IMG/VR virus record: IMGVR_UViG_3300017917_003742
Span: 1 to 64,000 of that record
From: a virus
Reading direction: 5' to 3' (one strand)
DNA: 64,000 nucleotides
Positions 46,471 through 54,466 of this stretch are shown one piece after another; within the stretch, counting starts at the first letter, position 1, and every line of letters starts with the position of its first letter. The notes beneath the pieces were generated by a model. That model was not told where the DNA came from. It made no database searches and saw only the letters and a list, made by a program, of their open reading frames with translations. Made by a program: the position numbers and the translations under genes.

Positions 46471-46839
46471 ATGGAAGAAAAAGTAATAGGAATTCTTAAA
46501 AACGTCAGCGAGCTTATCGTTGCAACTCTTGTCGAAGAAACAGACACCGCCGTAAAGGTTAAAAATCCTGCATTCTTAGGAATCGCTGGTCAAAATAATC
46601 AAATCAATATCAATTTCATTCCCTTGGAAATGCTCAGTCTTCAACCCTCTGTGAATGTTAGAAACCTTCTTGCAAATCCAGCCGAAGAATTGATTTATAC
46701 ATTTGATAAGAACAGTGTTCTCAAATCCGACTTGGTTCTTGCACAAAACGTCATTGACAACTACAAGAATCTAACAACAGCAAAACCTGCTCCAACAACT
46801 GCAAAAACCGCAGAAGAAAACGTCGTAAAACTTTACTAA
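46471..46839 (+). CDS. small beta-rich (Sm-like) protein
   Basis: ELIVATLVEE...VKVKNPA...FIP...VIDNYK pattern of T4-like Sm-fold proteins; ATG at 46471. Confidence 0.55.
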   Translation: MEEKVIGILKNVSELIVATLVEETDTAVKVKNPAFLGIAGQNNQININFIPLEMLSLQPSVNVRNLLANPAEELIYTFDKNSVLKSDLVLAQNVIDNYKNLTTAKPAPTTAKTAEENVVKLY

Positions 46840-46843
46840 TTAT

Positions 46844-47086
46844 ATGAAACCAGAAGAACAAAATCAAAAAAATTCAGAGCTAAATACGCTCATGACAATC
46901 TTAAATAGTTATAATCAACTACCTGTTGATTTTTGCCTAAAAGAATTTTTAGGTTGGGATGACACAAAAATTAAAACCTTTAACAAAGAACGTAAAAAGA
47001 CAAAAAGAAATATTCTAAAAGAATATAACAAAATGTCTAAAGCTATTTCATCCGATTCTTGTTGCGGAACCTCCTGTCAAGGATAA
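46844..47086 (+). CDS. small protein resembling portal (gp20) C-terminal segment
   Basis: LPVDFCLKEFLGWDDTKIKTFNKERKK resembles portal S...[20 protein letters not shown]. Confidence 0.4.
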   Translation: MKPEEQNQKNSELNTLMTILNSYNQLPVDFCLKEFLGWDDTKIKTFNKERKKTKRNILKEYNKMSKAISSDSCCGTSCQG

Positions 47087-47094
47087 ACAATTTT

Positions 47095-47328
47095 ATGGAA
47101 ACACAAAACGAACTAGAAGCATTAACAGATAATGAGAAAGAAAGTGTGAACATTTTCAGATCATATCTTGAAAATGTTGCCAAATTCAGAGGCAAAGGAA
47201 CTGCTTCTGCTGCGGCAAGAGCAAGAAAAGACGCATCAGCTTTGACCAAACTTCTTAAGACCATTCGTAAAGAATTACAAGAAGCCAAGGCACAAGCAGT
47301 GGCAGCTAAGAAAGCTCAAAAAGCATAA
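47095..47328 (+). CDS. histone H1-like (Hc1-type) DNA-binding protein
   Basis: KFRGKGTASAAARARK...LKTIRKELQEAK. Confidence 0.7.
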   Translation: METQNELEALTDNEKESVNIFRSYLENVAKFRGKGTASAAARARKDASALTKLLKTIRKELQEAKAQAVAAKKAQKA

Positions 47329-47347
47329 AGAAAAAACCGAGTGTATT

Positions 47348-47385
47348 AAAAAACAGAGAAGGAATTCCTTCTCTGTTTTTTTTTT
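47348..47385 (+). terminator. intrinsic terminator (perfect 34-bp palindrome)
   Basis: aaaaaacagagaaggAATTccttctctgtttttt, with a T10 tract. Confidence 0.85.
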
Positions 47386-47422
47386 CTTGAAATCGCTTGA
47401 CCCATATTGTATATTGTATTGT

Positions 47423-48430
47423 ATGTCAGAACTACTTAAAAAACTCAGAAAAAATACAATATTAAAACCAGAAACATTAAAGAATAGCAAATACTTCTCA
47501 GACGAAAAGTTTATCGGAACAAATGTTCCGCTTTTGAATTTAGCCCTTTCAGGAAAATTAAACGGTGGATTACCAAAGGGTATTGTGCAAATTGCTGCAC
47601 CACCAAAACATTTCAAAACCAACTTCATGATTGAAATCATCAAAGGTTTCCAAAAAGAAAATGAAGGTCATGATTATGTTGTAGTGCTTTATGATAGTGA
47701 ATTAGGTTCCACTCCAAGTTACTTTGAAAAAGCAGGCGTTAACACTGAACGCATTGACCATAGACCAATTCGCTCTGTTGAAGAATTAAAGGCTGATGTT
47801 GCGAATCTTATGGAAGATATTAGCGAAGGTGATCGTGTATTAATTTGTGTTGACTCTATTGGTATGCTTCGTTCTCTTAAAGAAACAGAAGATGCAAAGG
47901 ACAACAAACAAGTTGCTGATATGACAAGAGCAAAACAACTCAAGTCATTTTTCCGTATCATTACGGGTGAAGCTGCAATCAAGCAGATTCCAATGATTAT
48001 TGTAAACCACTCTTATCAAACACAAGAAATGTATGCTAAAGAAGTTGCTGCTGGTGGTCGTGGCGCACAATATGCTGCACACACTCTTCTCTTCATTACC
48101 AAAGCACAAGAGAAGGAAAAAATTGAAGGAAAAGATGCACTTGCAGGTTTCCAATTCACCCTTGTCGCAGGTCTTAGCCGCTACGTGCGCGAGAACGCAA
48201 AGTTTCCTGTTTCTGTAAGATTCGGTGAAGGTGTTGATCGTTACAGCGGTCTTTTTGATCTTGCAGTTGAACTTGGCTTTATTGACAATCCTAAGCAAGG
48301 TTGGTATATGCTCAAAGGAGAAGAGAGGCAACGTCGTAGAGCAGACATCGAAGAAGATGAAGATGTTATGGAAAGCTTTATCAGCAACAAAGAATTTTGT
48401 GAAGCTGTAGAGAAAAAGTATAGTCTCTAA
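47423..48430 (+). CDS. uvsX: UvsX RecA-like recombinase
   Basis: LNLALSG..GGL, APPKHFKT, YDSE, VDSIG, ADMTRAKQLKSFFR, VNHSY; ATG at 47423. Confidence 0.95.
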   Translation: MSELLKKLRKNTILKPETLKNSKYFSDEKFIGTNVPLLNLALSGKLNGGLPKGIVQIAAPPKHFKTNFMIEIIKGFQKENEGHDYVVVLYDSELGSTPSYFEKAGVNTERIDHRPIRSVEELKADVANLMEDISEGDRVLICVDSIGMLRSLKETEDAKDNKQVADMTRAKQLKSFFRIITGEAAIKQIPMIIVNHSYQTQEMYAKEVAAGGRGAQYAAHTLLFITKAQEKEKIEGKDALAGFQFTLVAGLSRYVRENAKFPVSVRFGEGVDRYSGLFDLAVELGFIDNPKQGWYMLKGEERQRRRADIEEDEDVMESFISNKEFCEAVEKKYSL

Positions 48431-48441
48431 TAAATAAAAAC

Positions 48442-48729
48442 ATGATCGAAGCAGTTATTAAATCAACCGGAAATATTGTTGGTAAGCCCGTTGTCAATAG
48501 AATTATTATTGACAACGAGAGTGATATAGCTGTTCGTAGAAAAGATGAAGAAACGGGTAAGATCGAACAGTTTACTATTGGTGAACTGTTCGATTCTTAC
48601 AACCGTAAATCTTCGTATCGTAAGAATGAACCTGATCCATCTCTTTTTGAATCGTGGTTTAGTAGCAAATATATAAAAGGAAGAAACTTGGAAAGCCGAA
48701 TCATCAGCATCCAGTTTTACAGAGTATAA
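48442..48729 (+). CDS. hypothetical protein
   Basis: 95 aa; TAAATA 5 nt upstream of ATG. Confidence 0.7.
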   Translation: MIEAVIKSTGNIVGKPVVNRIIIDNESDIAVRRKDEETGKIEQFTIGELFDSYNRKSSYRKNEPDPSLFESWFSSKYIKGRNLESRIISIQFYRV

Positions 48730-48764
48730 CTTGACTTCCTCTCCTAAGTATAGGATAGTAGCGC

Positions 48765-50117
48765 ATGGTAAAAATAGACCTTGATTTTTTCGAGAAAATT
48801 ATCATTCAGCACTGTCTCAAAAAAGATTCCACTTACATCGCATCCATTATTGATTATCTCGACAAGAGTTTATTCAAAGACAGTAACATTGCTGAGATAA
48901 TTGACATCATCAAAACTTTCTACATTGAAAGAAATTCCATTCCAACTCTCACAGAATTAAAGAGCCGAGTGAATACTTTGACACTCAAAGAGTGTTTGAA
49001 AAAAGTTGTCGGTTACATTCGTGAATTAGATTCCGAATACAACGAGAATGAGCTTGTGAACAACACAGAATACTTTATCAAGCAAAGAAAGTATTCACTG
49101 TTAATGGAAAAAGCCATTGATGAAAAAGCCTCTAAAAAAGAATTTAATCTTGAAGAGATTCAAAAAGAGAGTGAAAAGATTCATCAGATCACACTCATTG
49201 ACAACTTTGGTTTAGATTACTTTGGAGACAATGAACGTGTTGTTGATTATCTTCAACAAAAGGACAGCTTTATTTCTACTGGATACCGAACTCTTGACGA
49301 AGCATTTGGTGGAGGCTTTCAAAAAGAAGGCAAAGCAATTTATGACATTGGCGGAGAAACCAATGTTGGTAAAAGTATTTTCCTTGCCAACATTGCACTA
49401 AATGTTGTGTTACAAAACAAGAATGTTGTAATCATATCTCCTGAAATGAGTGAGATGCGTTATGCCAAGAGAATTTCTGGAATGCTTACAGGTATTGCAA
49501 TCAATATGCTTGGAGACAACATTGAAAAGTATAAAAGAGAAATCGAAGCATTTAAGAATAAATACTCTTCAAAATTTATCATCAAAGAAGTTCCAACAAA
49601 AGGTGTTTCTGCCAAGAATGTTTATGCATATCTCAAGAAACTCAAAGACAAAAGAGGAATCAATCCTGATCTTCTTTGCATTGACGGACATGCACTTTTA
49701 AAGCCTTCTGTTTCACAAAATTCCAAGCACGCTGAACTTCAATTTATTGTTCAAGAGTGTCGTGGTATTTCCTATCAGATTGAAGCACCAATTTTAACTG
49801 TTGCACAACTTAACCGTGGCAGTCACAAAGCCAACAATCCCGGCCTTGATAACATGGCAGGTTCTTGGGACCAGCTTGCAGATTTTGATGCACACGTTAA
49901 CATTTGGCAAACTGATGAAGACCGTGAATGTAGCATGATTCGATTTGGTGGCAAGAAAGTTCGTGATGGTGCAAAAGGCGGAGAAGGCTATCTTCGCATT
50001 GACTATGATACTCTTCGACTTTTTGAAGAAGGCGACTTGCCAGAAATGGAAATGATTGATAAAGAAACAACACTTTCATCTATTTTAGACTTTGATTCCT
50101 TAATGAGTCAAAGTTAA
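48765..50117 (+). CDS. 41: replicative DnaB-like helicase gp41
   Basis: ISTGY..LD, GETNVGKSIFL, EMSE, IKEVPT, TVAQLNR. Confidence 0.9.
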   Translation: MVKIDLDFFEKIIIQHCLKKDSTYIASIIDYLDKSLFKDSNIAEIIDIIKTFYIERNSIPTLTELKSRVNTLTLKECLKKVVGYIRELDSEYNENELVNNTEYFIKQRKYSLLMEKAIDEKASKKEFNLEEIQKESEKIHQITLIDNFGLDYFGDNERVVDYLQQKDSFISTGYRTLDEAFGGGFQKEGKAIYDIGGETNVGKSIFLANIALNVVLQNKNVVIISPEMSEMRYAKRISGMLTGIAINMLGDNIEKYKREIEAFKNKYSSKFIIKEVPTKGVSAKNVYAYLKKLKDKRGINPDLLCIDGHALLKPSVSQNSKHAELQFIVQECRGISYQIEAPILTVAQLNRGSHKANNPGLDNMAGSWDQLADFDAHVNIWQTDEDRECSMIRFGGKKVRDGAKGGEGYLRIDYDTLRLFEEGDLPEMEMIDKETTLSSILDFDSLMSQS

Positions 50118-50123
50118 ATATAA

Positions 50124-50393
50124 ATGATGTTTAATGATGACTTTATTTCGCCGTGTGCTAATACACAGATTGTAAACCAAGAACTCGAAGACTTGATTAA
50201 CAAGTTTGGTAGTTTGATTACTCTTATTACTAATAAACCTGTTTCTTGTGTTACGATGTTTATTATAATTCAAAAGAATCCAGAGCTTAAGAAATTCTTA
50301 GTTGAACTTTCTGAAACTTCGTGGTATTCTATCGTGGAGTATATGGCATATCGCTATCCCGTTCTCAACAAATCAAAGAAAATTAAAAAATGA
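50124..50393 (+). CDS. hypothetical protein
   Basis: 89 aa; TAAATA upstream. Confidence 0.65.
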   Translation: MMFNDDFISPCANTQIVNQELEDLINKFGSLITLITNKPVSCVTMFIIIQKNPELKKFLVELSETSWYSIVEYMAYRYPVLNKSKKIKK

Positions 50394-51052
50394 GTTTGTC
50401 AGAAAACCAAAAACAAATTTACAACCTCTACCTAAGAGCATTCCGAATTAATAATAACCAACCATTCAGAGCCAAAAAAGATTTCTCTGATGTGGAAAAG
50501 GATATAGAAAAATTAACAGCATTACAAAAAATTGAAAAGGTGTTTCAAAAGTATCCTGCCTTTTTTAATAAAACTTATTTTGATGCTCCGTATAAAATTT
50601 ATAGCGACGATAAGAAATATTATTCGTTGAAATTTTACGGCAGTCAAAAAGGAATAAGCACTTGTATTGCTTATTATAAAACTTTGCTTCAAAGCAATCC
50701 CGAAGAGCAATTTGAATATATCAAAGACTCTTTTAAATTTGTCGCACAATATTGTGAACAGAAAAAGATTCCTTTGGAGCTTTACATCAAGCATTGTTCT
50801 GTTTCACAAAATGATTGTTTGATTCATCTTAAAGAGCACAAAATTTCATGGTATGCTGTGTTTGGCATTCCCGGTTTTTTTGAGTTGCTGAACAACTTGC
50901 CAAAAGATGAGTTTGAACTATATTATGGTTCAGATGTAGAATTAAACTCACTCTTAAATAGATACCGAGGCAGTTCAAAAACTGTTGATTATATGAGCGA
51001 GCTTAAGAAAAAAATCTCATCATATTTGCAGAAAAAACTTGCGGAAAAGTGA
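50390..51052 (+). CDS. hypothetical protein, possibly gp59-like helicase loader
   Basis: Size and position immediately before gp32; no diagnostic motif confirmed. Confidence 0.4.
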   Translation: MSLSENQKQIYNLYLRAFRINNNQPFRAKKDFSDVEKDIEKLTALQKIEKVFQKYPAFFNKTYFDAPYKIYSDDKKYYSLKFYGSQKGISTCIAYYKTLLQSNPEEQFEYIKDSFKFVAQYCEQKKIPLELYIKHCSVSQNDCLIHLKEHKISWYAVFGIPGFFELLNNLPKDEFELYYGSDVELNSLLNRYRGSSKTVDYMSELKKKISSYLQKKLAEK

Positions 51053-51069
51053 AGAGTGTGGTATAAGTA

Positions 51070-51133
51070 TACATAGCTGTCGGAGATAGTATCAAGACAG
51101 TTGATTAAGAAAAAATTAGAAAAATTAGAAATT
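51070..51133 (+). promoter_or_regulatory. gene-32-type translational operator (hairpin plus A/T-rich repeats)
   Basis: agctgtc...gacagtt stem, then attaagaaaaa-attagaaaa-attagaa-att repeats before ATG. Confidence 0.5.
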
Positions 51134-52066
51134 ATGTCATACAACCTAGAAGATATATTAAACCAAGTCAAAGCAGTTGAAGAAACTAAGATTCAGAAAG
51201 AAAAGGGAGGCTACAAAGGCGACCCAAGAATTCTAAAATTTAAGAAGAACTGCACATACGTAATCCGTCTCATTCCTTACATCAAGGATGTAAACAACAC
51301 CTTTGTAACATACAAAGAAGTCGGATTCAAGAGTCCAGTAGACGGCACATATGTCTATGGCGGGCGTTCTCCACAGGACGCAGGAATCAAGGAAGACCTT
51401 TTCAAAAAGACCCAATGGGATCACTATTCCAAGGCTAAGGAAAGAGGCGATGAAGCTGAACAAAAGGCTTCTTATAAGCTGCTCGCACAGCGTAAACAAG
51501 CAGTAAACGGCTATCTCGTTTCTGTTGATGGTGATGATCCTGATGCAAAGGAAAAGATTGGTGAAGTTCTTGCCATTCCATATCCAGCACAGGTTGATCG
51601 TGAAGGAAATCCTATCAGCGATATTTACAAGAAAATCCACTCTGCGATTTTCGGTGATATGGCTAAGAAGATTGGTGCTAAGGCACTTGACCTTTCCTCA
51701 AAGGGTCGTAGCTTAATTGTTAAGGTTACTGAAAAGGCTGGTTTCAACAACTATTCAGAAACAACTTTCGATGATGCCGAAGACCTTGGACTTTCCGACG
51801 AACAGATTCGTGACATCCTTAACAAGGCACATGATTTGACTGAATTCATTCCAGAAGTTAAGTCTCAGGACGAAATTCAGAAGATTCTTGACAAGCATTG
51901 GTTCGGCACAAGTGCATCACCAGATGATGAACTTGATTCCGAAGAAGAGGAAGAAGTCTCTCCAAAGCCAAAGATCAATCTAACTACATCAGCCAAAGAT
52001 GATGAAATCCCTATGGGAGATTCAAAATCTAACGAACCTGATGAATTAGATGCTCTTCTTGACTAA
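51134..52066 (+). CDS. 32: single-stranded DNA-binding protein gp32
   Basis: DPRIL...VIRLIP, KIGAKALDL..GRSL.VKVT..AGFNNYSE..F, acidic tail ending ELDALLD; ATG at 51134. Confidence 0.85.
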   Translation: MSYNLEDILNQVKAVEETKIQKEKGGYKGDPRILKFKKNCTYVIRLIPYIKDVNNTFVTYKEVGFKSPVDGTYVYGGRSPQDAGIKEDLFKKTQWDHYSKAKERGDEAEQKASYKLLAQRKQAVNGYLVSVDGDDPDAKEKIGEVLAIPYPAQVDREGNPISDIYKKIHSAIFGDMAKKIGAKALDLSSKGRSLIVKVTEKAGFNNYSETTFDDAEDLGLSDEQIRDILNKAHDLTEFIPEVKSQDEIQKILDKHWFGTSASPDDELDSEEEEEVSPKPKINLTTSAKDDEIPMGDSKSNEPDELDALLD

Positions 52067-52105
52067 AATTAATTGAAATTTCAACAGAAGCGGCTAAATA
52101 TTGCT

Positions 52106-52717
52106 ATGGACGATAATAGAGACATAGCACTTTTAGCCGCTTCTTGCGAAAGAGAAATGAAGCAAACACTTGCTGGAAGTGGCATCAAGTACAACCGAAC
52201 AGACTTTCGAAGATTCTTAGGAAACAGCGGAAACAATTATCCGCAACATCCATCTGCTCCTTATCCAAGTCAATACATTCAGCAGCAGATGTATCCGCCA
52301 CAACCTCCTCCTCAATATTATCCACAGGTTCCACCAGCATATAATAATCCTGTTGATCCTGTAATACCAGAAGGTGTTTTACCACCATCAAATCAACAGT
52401 TTATTCCGATGCCACAAGGAGTGGCAATGCCTCAACAAGCTCCTAGTAATTTCGGTTCTTCAATGGAATCCACTGGCGGTTTTGTAATGCCAAGTTACAC
52501 TAATGAAGCAGGAAAAACTTATCTTGAAGATGAAAAACAATTCCGTGATGCTCTTATTACAGAAATCAAAGCATTAAAGAATAACATCAAGGCTCAAAAA
52601 ACTCAACTAAACAAGTTGACTAAAACAGTAGAATCGCTTATACTACTGCTCAACAAAGAACAACCCCAATCTCAACCAGAAACAGAAATCATAGATGATA
52701 ATCCAGATCAATCCTAA
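52106..52717 (+). CDS. Pro/Gln-rich protein with C-terminal coiled coil
   Basis: TAAATA 5 nt before ATG 52106; low-complexity PQ/YP repeats. Confidence 0.7.
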   Translation: MDDNRDIALLAASCEREMKQTLAGSGIKYNRTDFRRFLGNSGNNYPQHPSAPYPSQYIQQQMYPPQPPPQYYPQVPPAYNNPVDPVIPEGVLPPSNQQFIPMPQGVAMPQQAPSNFGSSMESTGGFVMPSYTNEAGKTYLEDEKQFRDALITEIKALKNNIKAQKTQLNKLTKTVESLILLLNKEQPQSQPETEIIDDNPDQS

Positions 52718-53435
52718 AGAATTCGTAAACGAGTTCATTAACCCAATCAATGAACTCAACAGAGAAGGTAAAATTGCCCTTTTCTGTGACGGCTCAAATC
52801 TTTACTCGGTTTCCGCAACAAAGTCGCGCAACATTAATCTTTACAACACTTACAAACCTCTTCATCTTGAAGACTGTTTAGATCGTTGTAGCTTAAATGT
52901 TTTGAAACTAATCAAAGGATTAGGTTGCGTAGCAAATGACGAAATGTTTGTGTCATTAGACATTTCCAAAGAGAATAACACTCTTTCATTTGCAACAAAA
53001 GAAATTCGCTTCAACATCAGACTACTCGATGACAATCTTGTTGAAGTTCCTAAATTTAATCTTGAAGTATTCAAGAAATTTGCAGTTCACCATGAAGTGA
53101 ACATTGATGCGAGCAAGGTCGTGAACATCAAAAAGGCACTAGAATTCTCATCAGAGACATCAAAGTTTTACATTGAACAAGAAGACGAAGACGTTTACTT
53201 CTACTTTGGTGACAAGTCCTCTACATCGAATCATACAGACGATATTAAGATTCATGTATCAGAAGGAGTAAAAACAACAGTGCCGAATAAAATCTATGAT
53301 GTTGACATTTTACGACTTGTTCTAAAATCCAAAAACGATTTTTCGATGAAATTAAATGATAATGGTGTCATGTATATTGAAATCGAAAACAACAACTCAA
53401 ACCTAAAATACATAACAACTCCACTAATTAAATAA
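52695..53435 (+). CDS. sliding clamp (gp45/PCNA-like)
   Basis: 246 aa with two-domain alpha/beta pattern, ends NLKYITTPL; replication context. Confidence 0.6.
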   Translation: MIIQINPKEFVNEFINPINELNREGKIALFCDGSNLYSVSATKSRNINLYNTYKPLHLEDCLDRCSLNVLKLIKGLGCVANDEMFVSLDISKENNTLSFATKEIRFNIRLLDDNLVEVPKFNLEVFKKFAVHHEVNIDASKVVNIKKALEFSSETSKFYIEQEDEDVYFYFGDKSSTSNHTDDIKIHVSEGVKTTVPNKIYDVDILRLVLKSKNDFSMKLNDNGVMYIEIENNNSNLKYITTPLIK

Positions 53436-53436
53436 A

Positions 53437-53742
53437 ATGGACTATAACACATTCGCAGGAAAAGTTAGGAGCGCAGATTGCTCCGTATCAAAACTGGACC
53501 TAGTATATAATCACACCGATTGCAGATGTTGGTCTGCGATTGTGAATCAAGGACGCGATAATATCATTGTTACATACAATGTAAACCGTTCCGAACTTGG
53601 CTCACAAGCGTTCGACATCTTCTCTTCAACCAAAATCTTAACCGATGTTGAACCAGAAGACGTATGCGATGTGGTCGAGTTTATGATCACTAAGCCAATT
53701 ATCTCTCAAATCATTGAATCTGAACCCCTAATCGAAGAATAA
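53437..53742 (+). CDS. hypothetical protein (paralog of next gene)
   Basis: VSKLD..Y...D.RCWSAIVNQGRDNIIVT. Confidence 0.7.
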   Translation: MDYNTFAGKVRSADCSVSKLDLVYNHTDCRCWSAIVNQGRDNIIVTYNVNRSELGSQAFDIFSSTKILTDVEPEDVCDVVEFMITKPIISQIIESEPLIEE

Positions 53743-53745
53743 TTT

Positions 53746-54054
53746 ATGTCAAATAAAATATCAACTAAATCATATTGCATCAAGCGTCTGCGCGATATGG
53801 GCTACACTGTAGATAAAATTGACGCAGTTGAATACACACCAGAAGATGAAAGAAAATGGTCTTTTATCATTGATAACGGAGGAATGTCAATCTTTGTAAC
53901 TTGTTACAAAAACAACACAATCCACATCTATGATGGCGGTAGGTATACAAATACCAACATGAAACTCGATACAGATAGTATCGAAGTCCTAGCAGAATAC
54001 CTAAATTCGCGTGGATTAATTCATAAACATCCAAGATACGGTCAAAACGCTTAA
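53746..54054 (+). CDS. hypothetical protein (paralog of previous gene)
   Basis: VDKID..Y...D.RKWSFIIDNGGMSIFVT. Confidence 0.75.
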   Translation: MSNKISTKSYCIKRLRDMGYTVDKIDAVEYTPEDERKWSFIIDNGGMSIFVTCYKNNTIHIYDGGRYTNTNMKLDTDSIEVLAEYLNSRGLIHKHPRYGQNA

Positions 54055-54058
54055 TTTT

Positions 54059-54088
54059 TTTGGGGGAACAATGTTCCCCCAAATTTTT
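54059..54088 (+). terminator. intrinsic terminator
   Basis: tttgggggaaca-a-tgttcccccaaa followed by a T-tract. Confidence 0.75.
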
Positions 54089-54112
54089 CTCTTATCTTTT
54101 ATAAATACATAT

Positions 54113-54466
54113 ATGGACGAAACCCCTGAAAATCCTTCCGAGTCCGATCTTAAAAAAGTTGAAAACTTTTTAAAAGGTATCCCTGATAAAAAAGCTCCAA
54201 AAGTTAGAAAAAAACCAAAAGCTCTTTCTCAAAAAGAGAAACAAAGACTAGGCACAGCCATTGCTGGCACACTATCAGAATTTGTGGATTGTTATATTTT
54301 ATTAGGATTTGATGTCAACGGAAACTCTATGATTCTTATAAATTCTCATAATAATCTAGAAAGCCGTGCATTATCCGATCTTGTTGAAGATTTTATGACA
54401 ACAGGCGGAAGCAGCATTACAATGGGGTTGGATGAACCTGACGACGAAGACGACTCAGCAATCTAA
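54113..54466 (+). CDS. hypothetical late protein
   Basis: Exact T4 late promoter TATAAATA 5 nt before ATG 54113. Confidence 0.7.
   Translation: MDETPENPSESDLKKVENFLKGIPDKKAPKVRKKPKALSQKEKQRLGTAIAGTLSEFVDCYILLGFDVNGNSMILINSHNNLESRALSDLVEDFMTTGGSSITMGLDEPDDEDDSAI

Noticed and set aside
50124-50393. gp33 late co-activator by position and size
   Set aside because: No recognisable gp33 motif or C-terminal clamp-binding tail.
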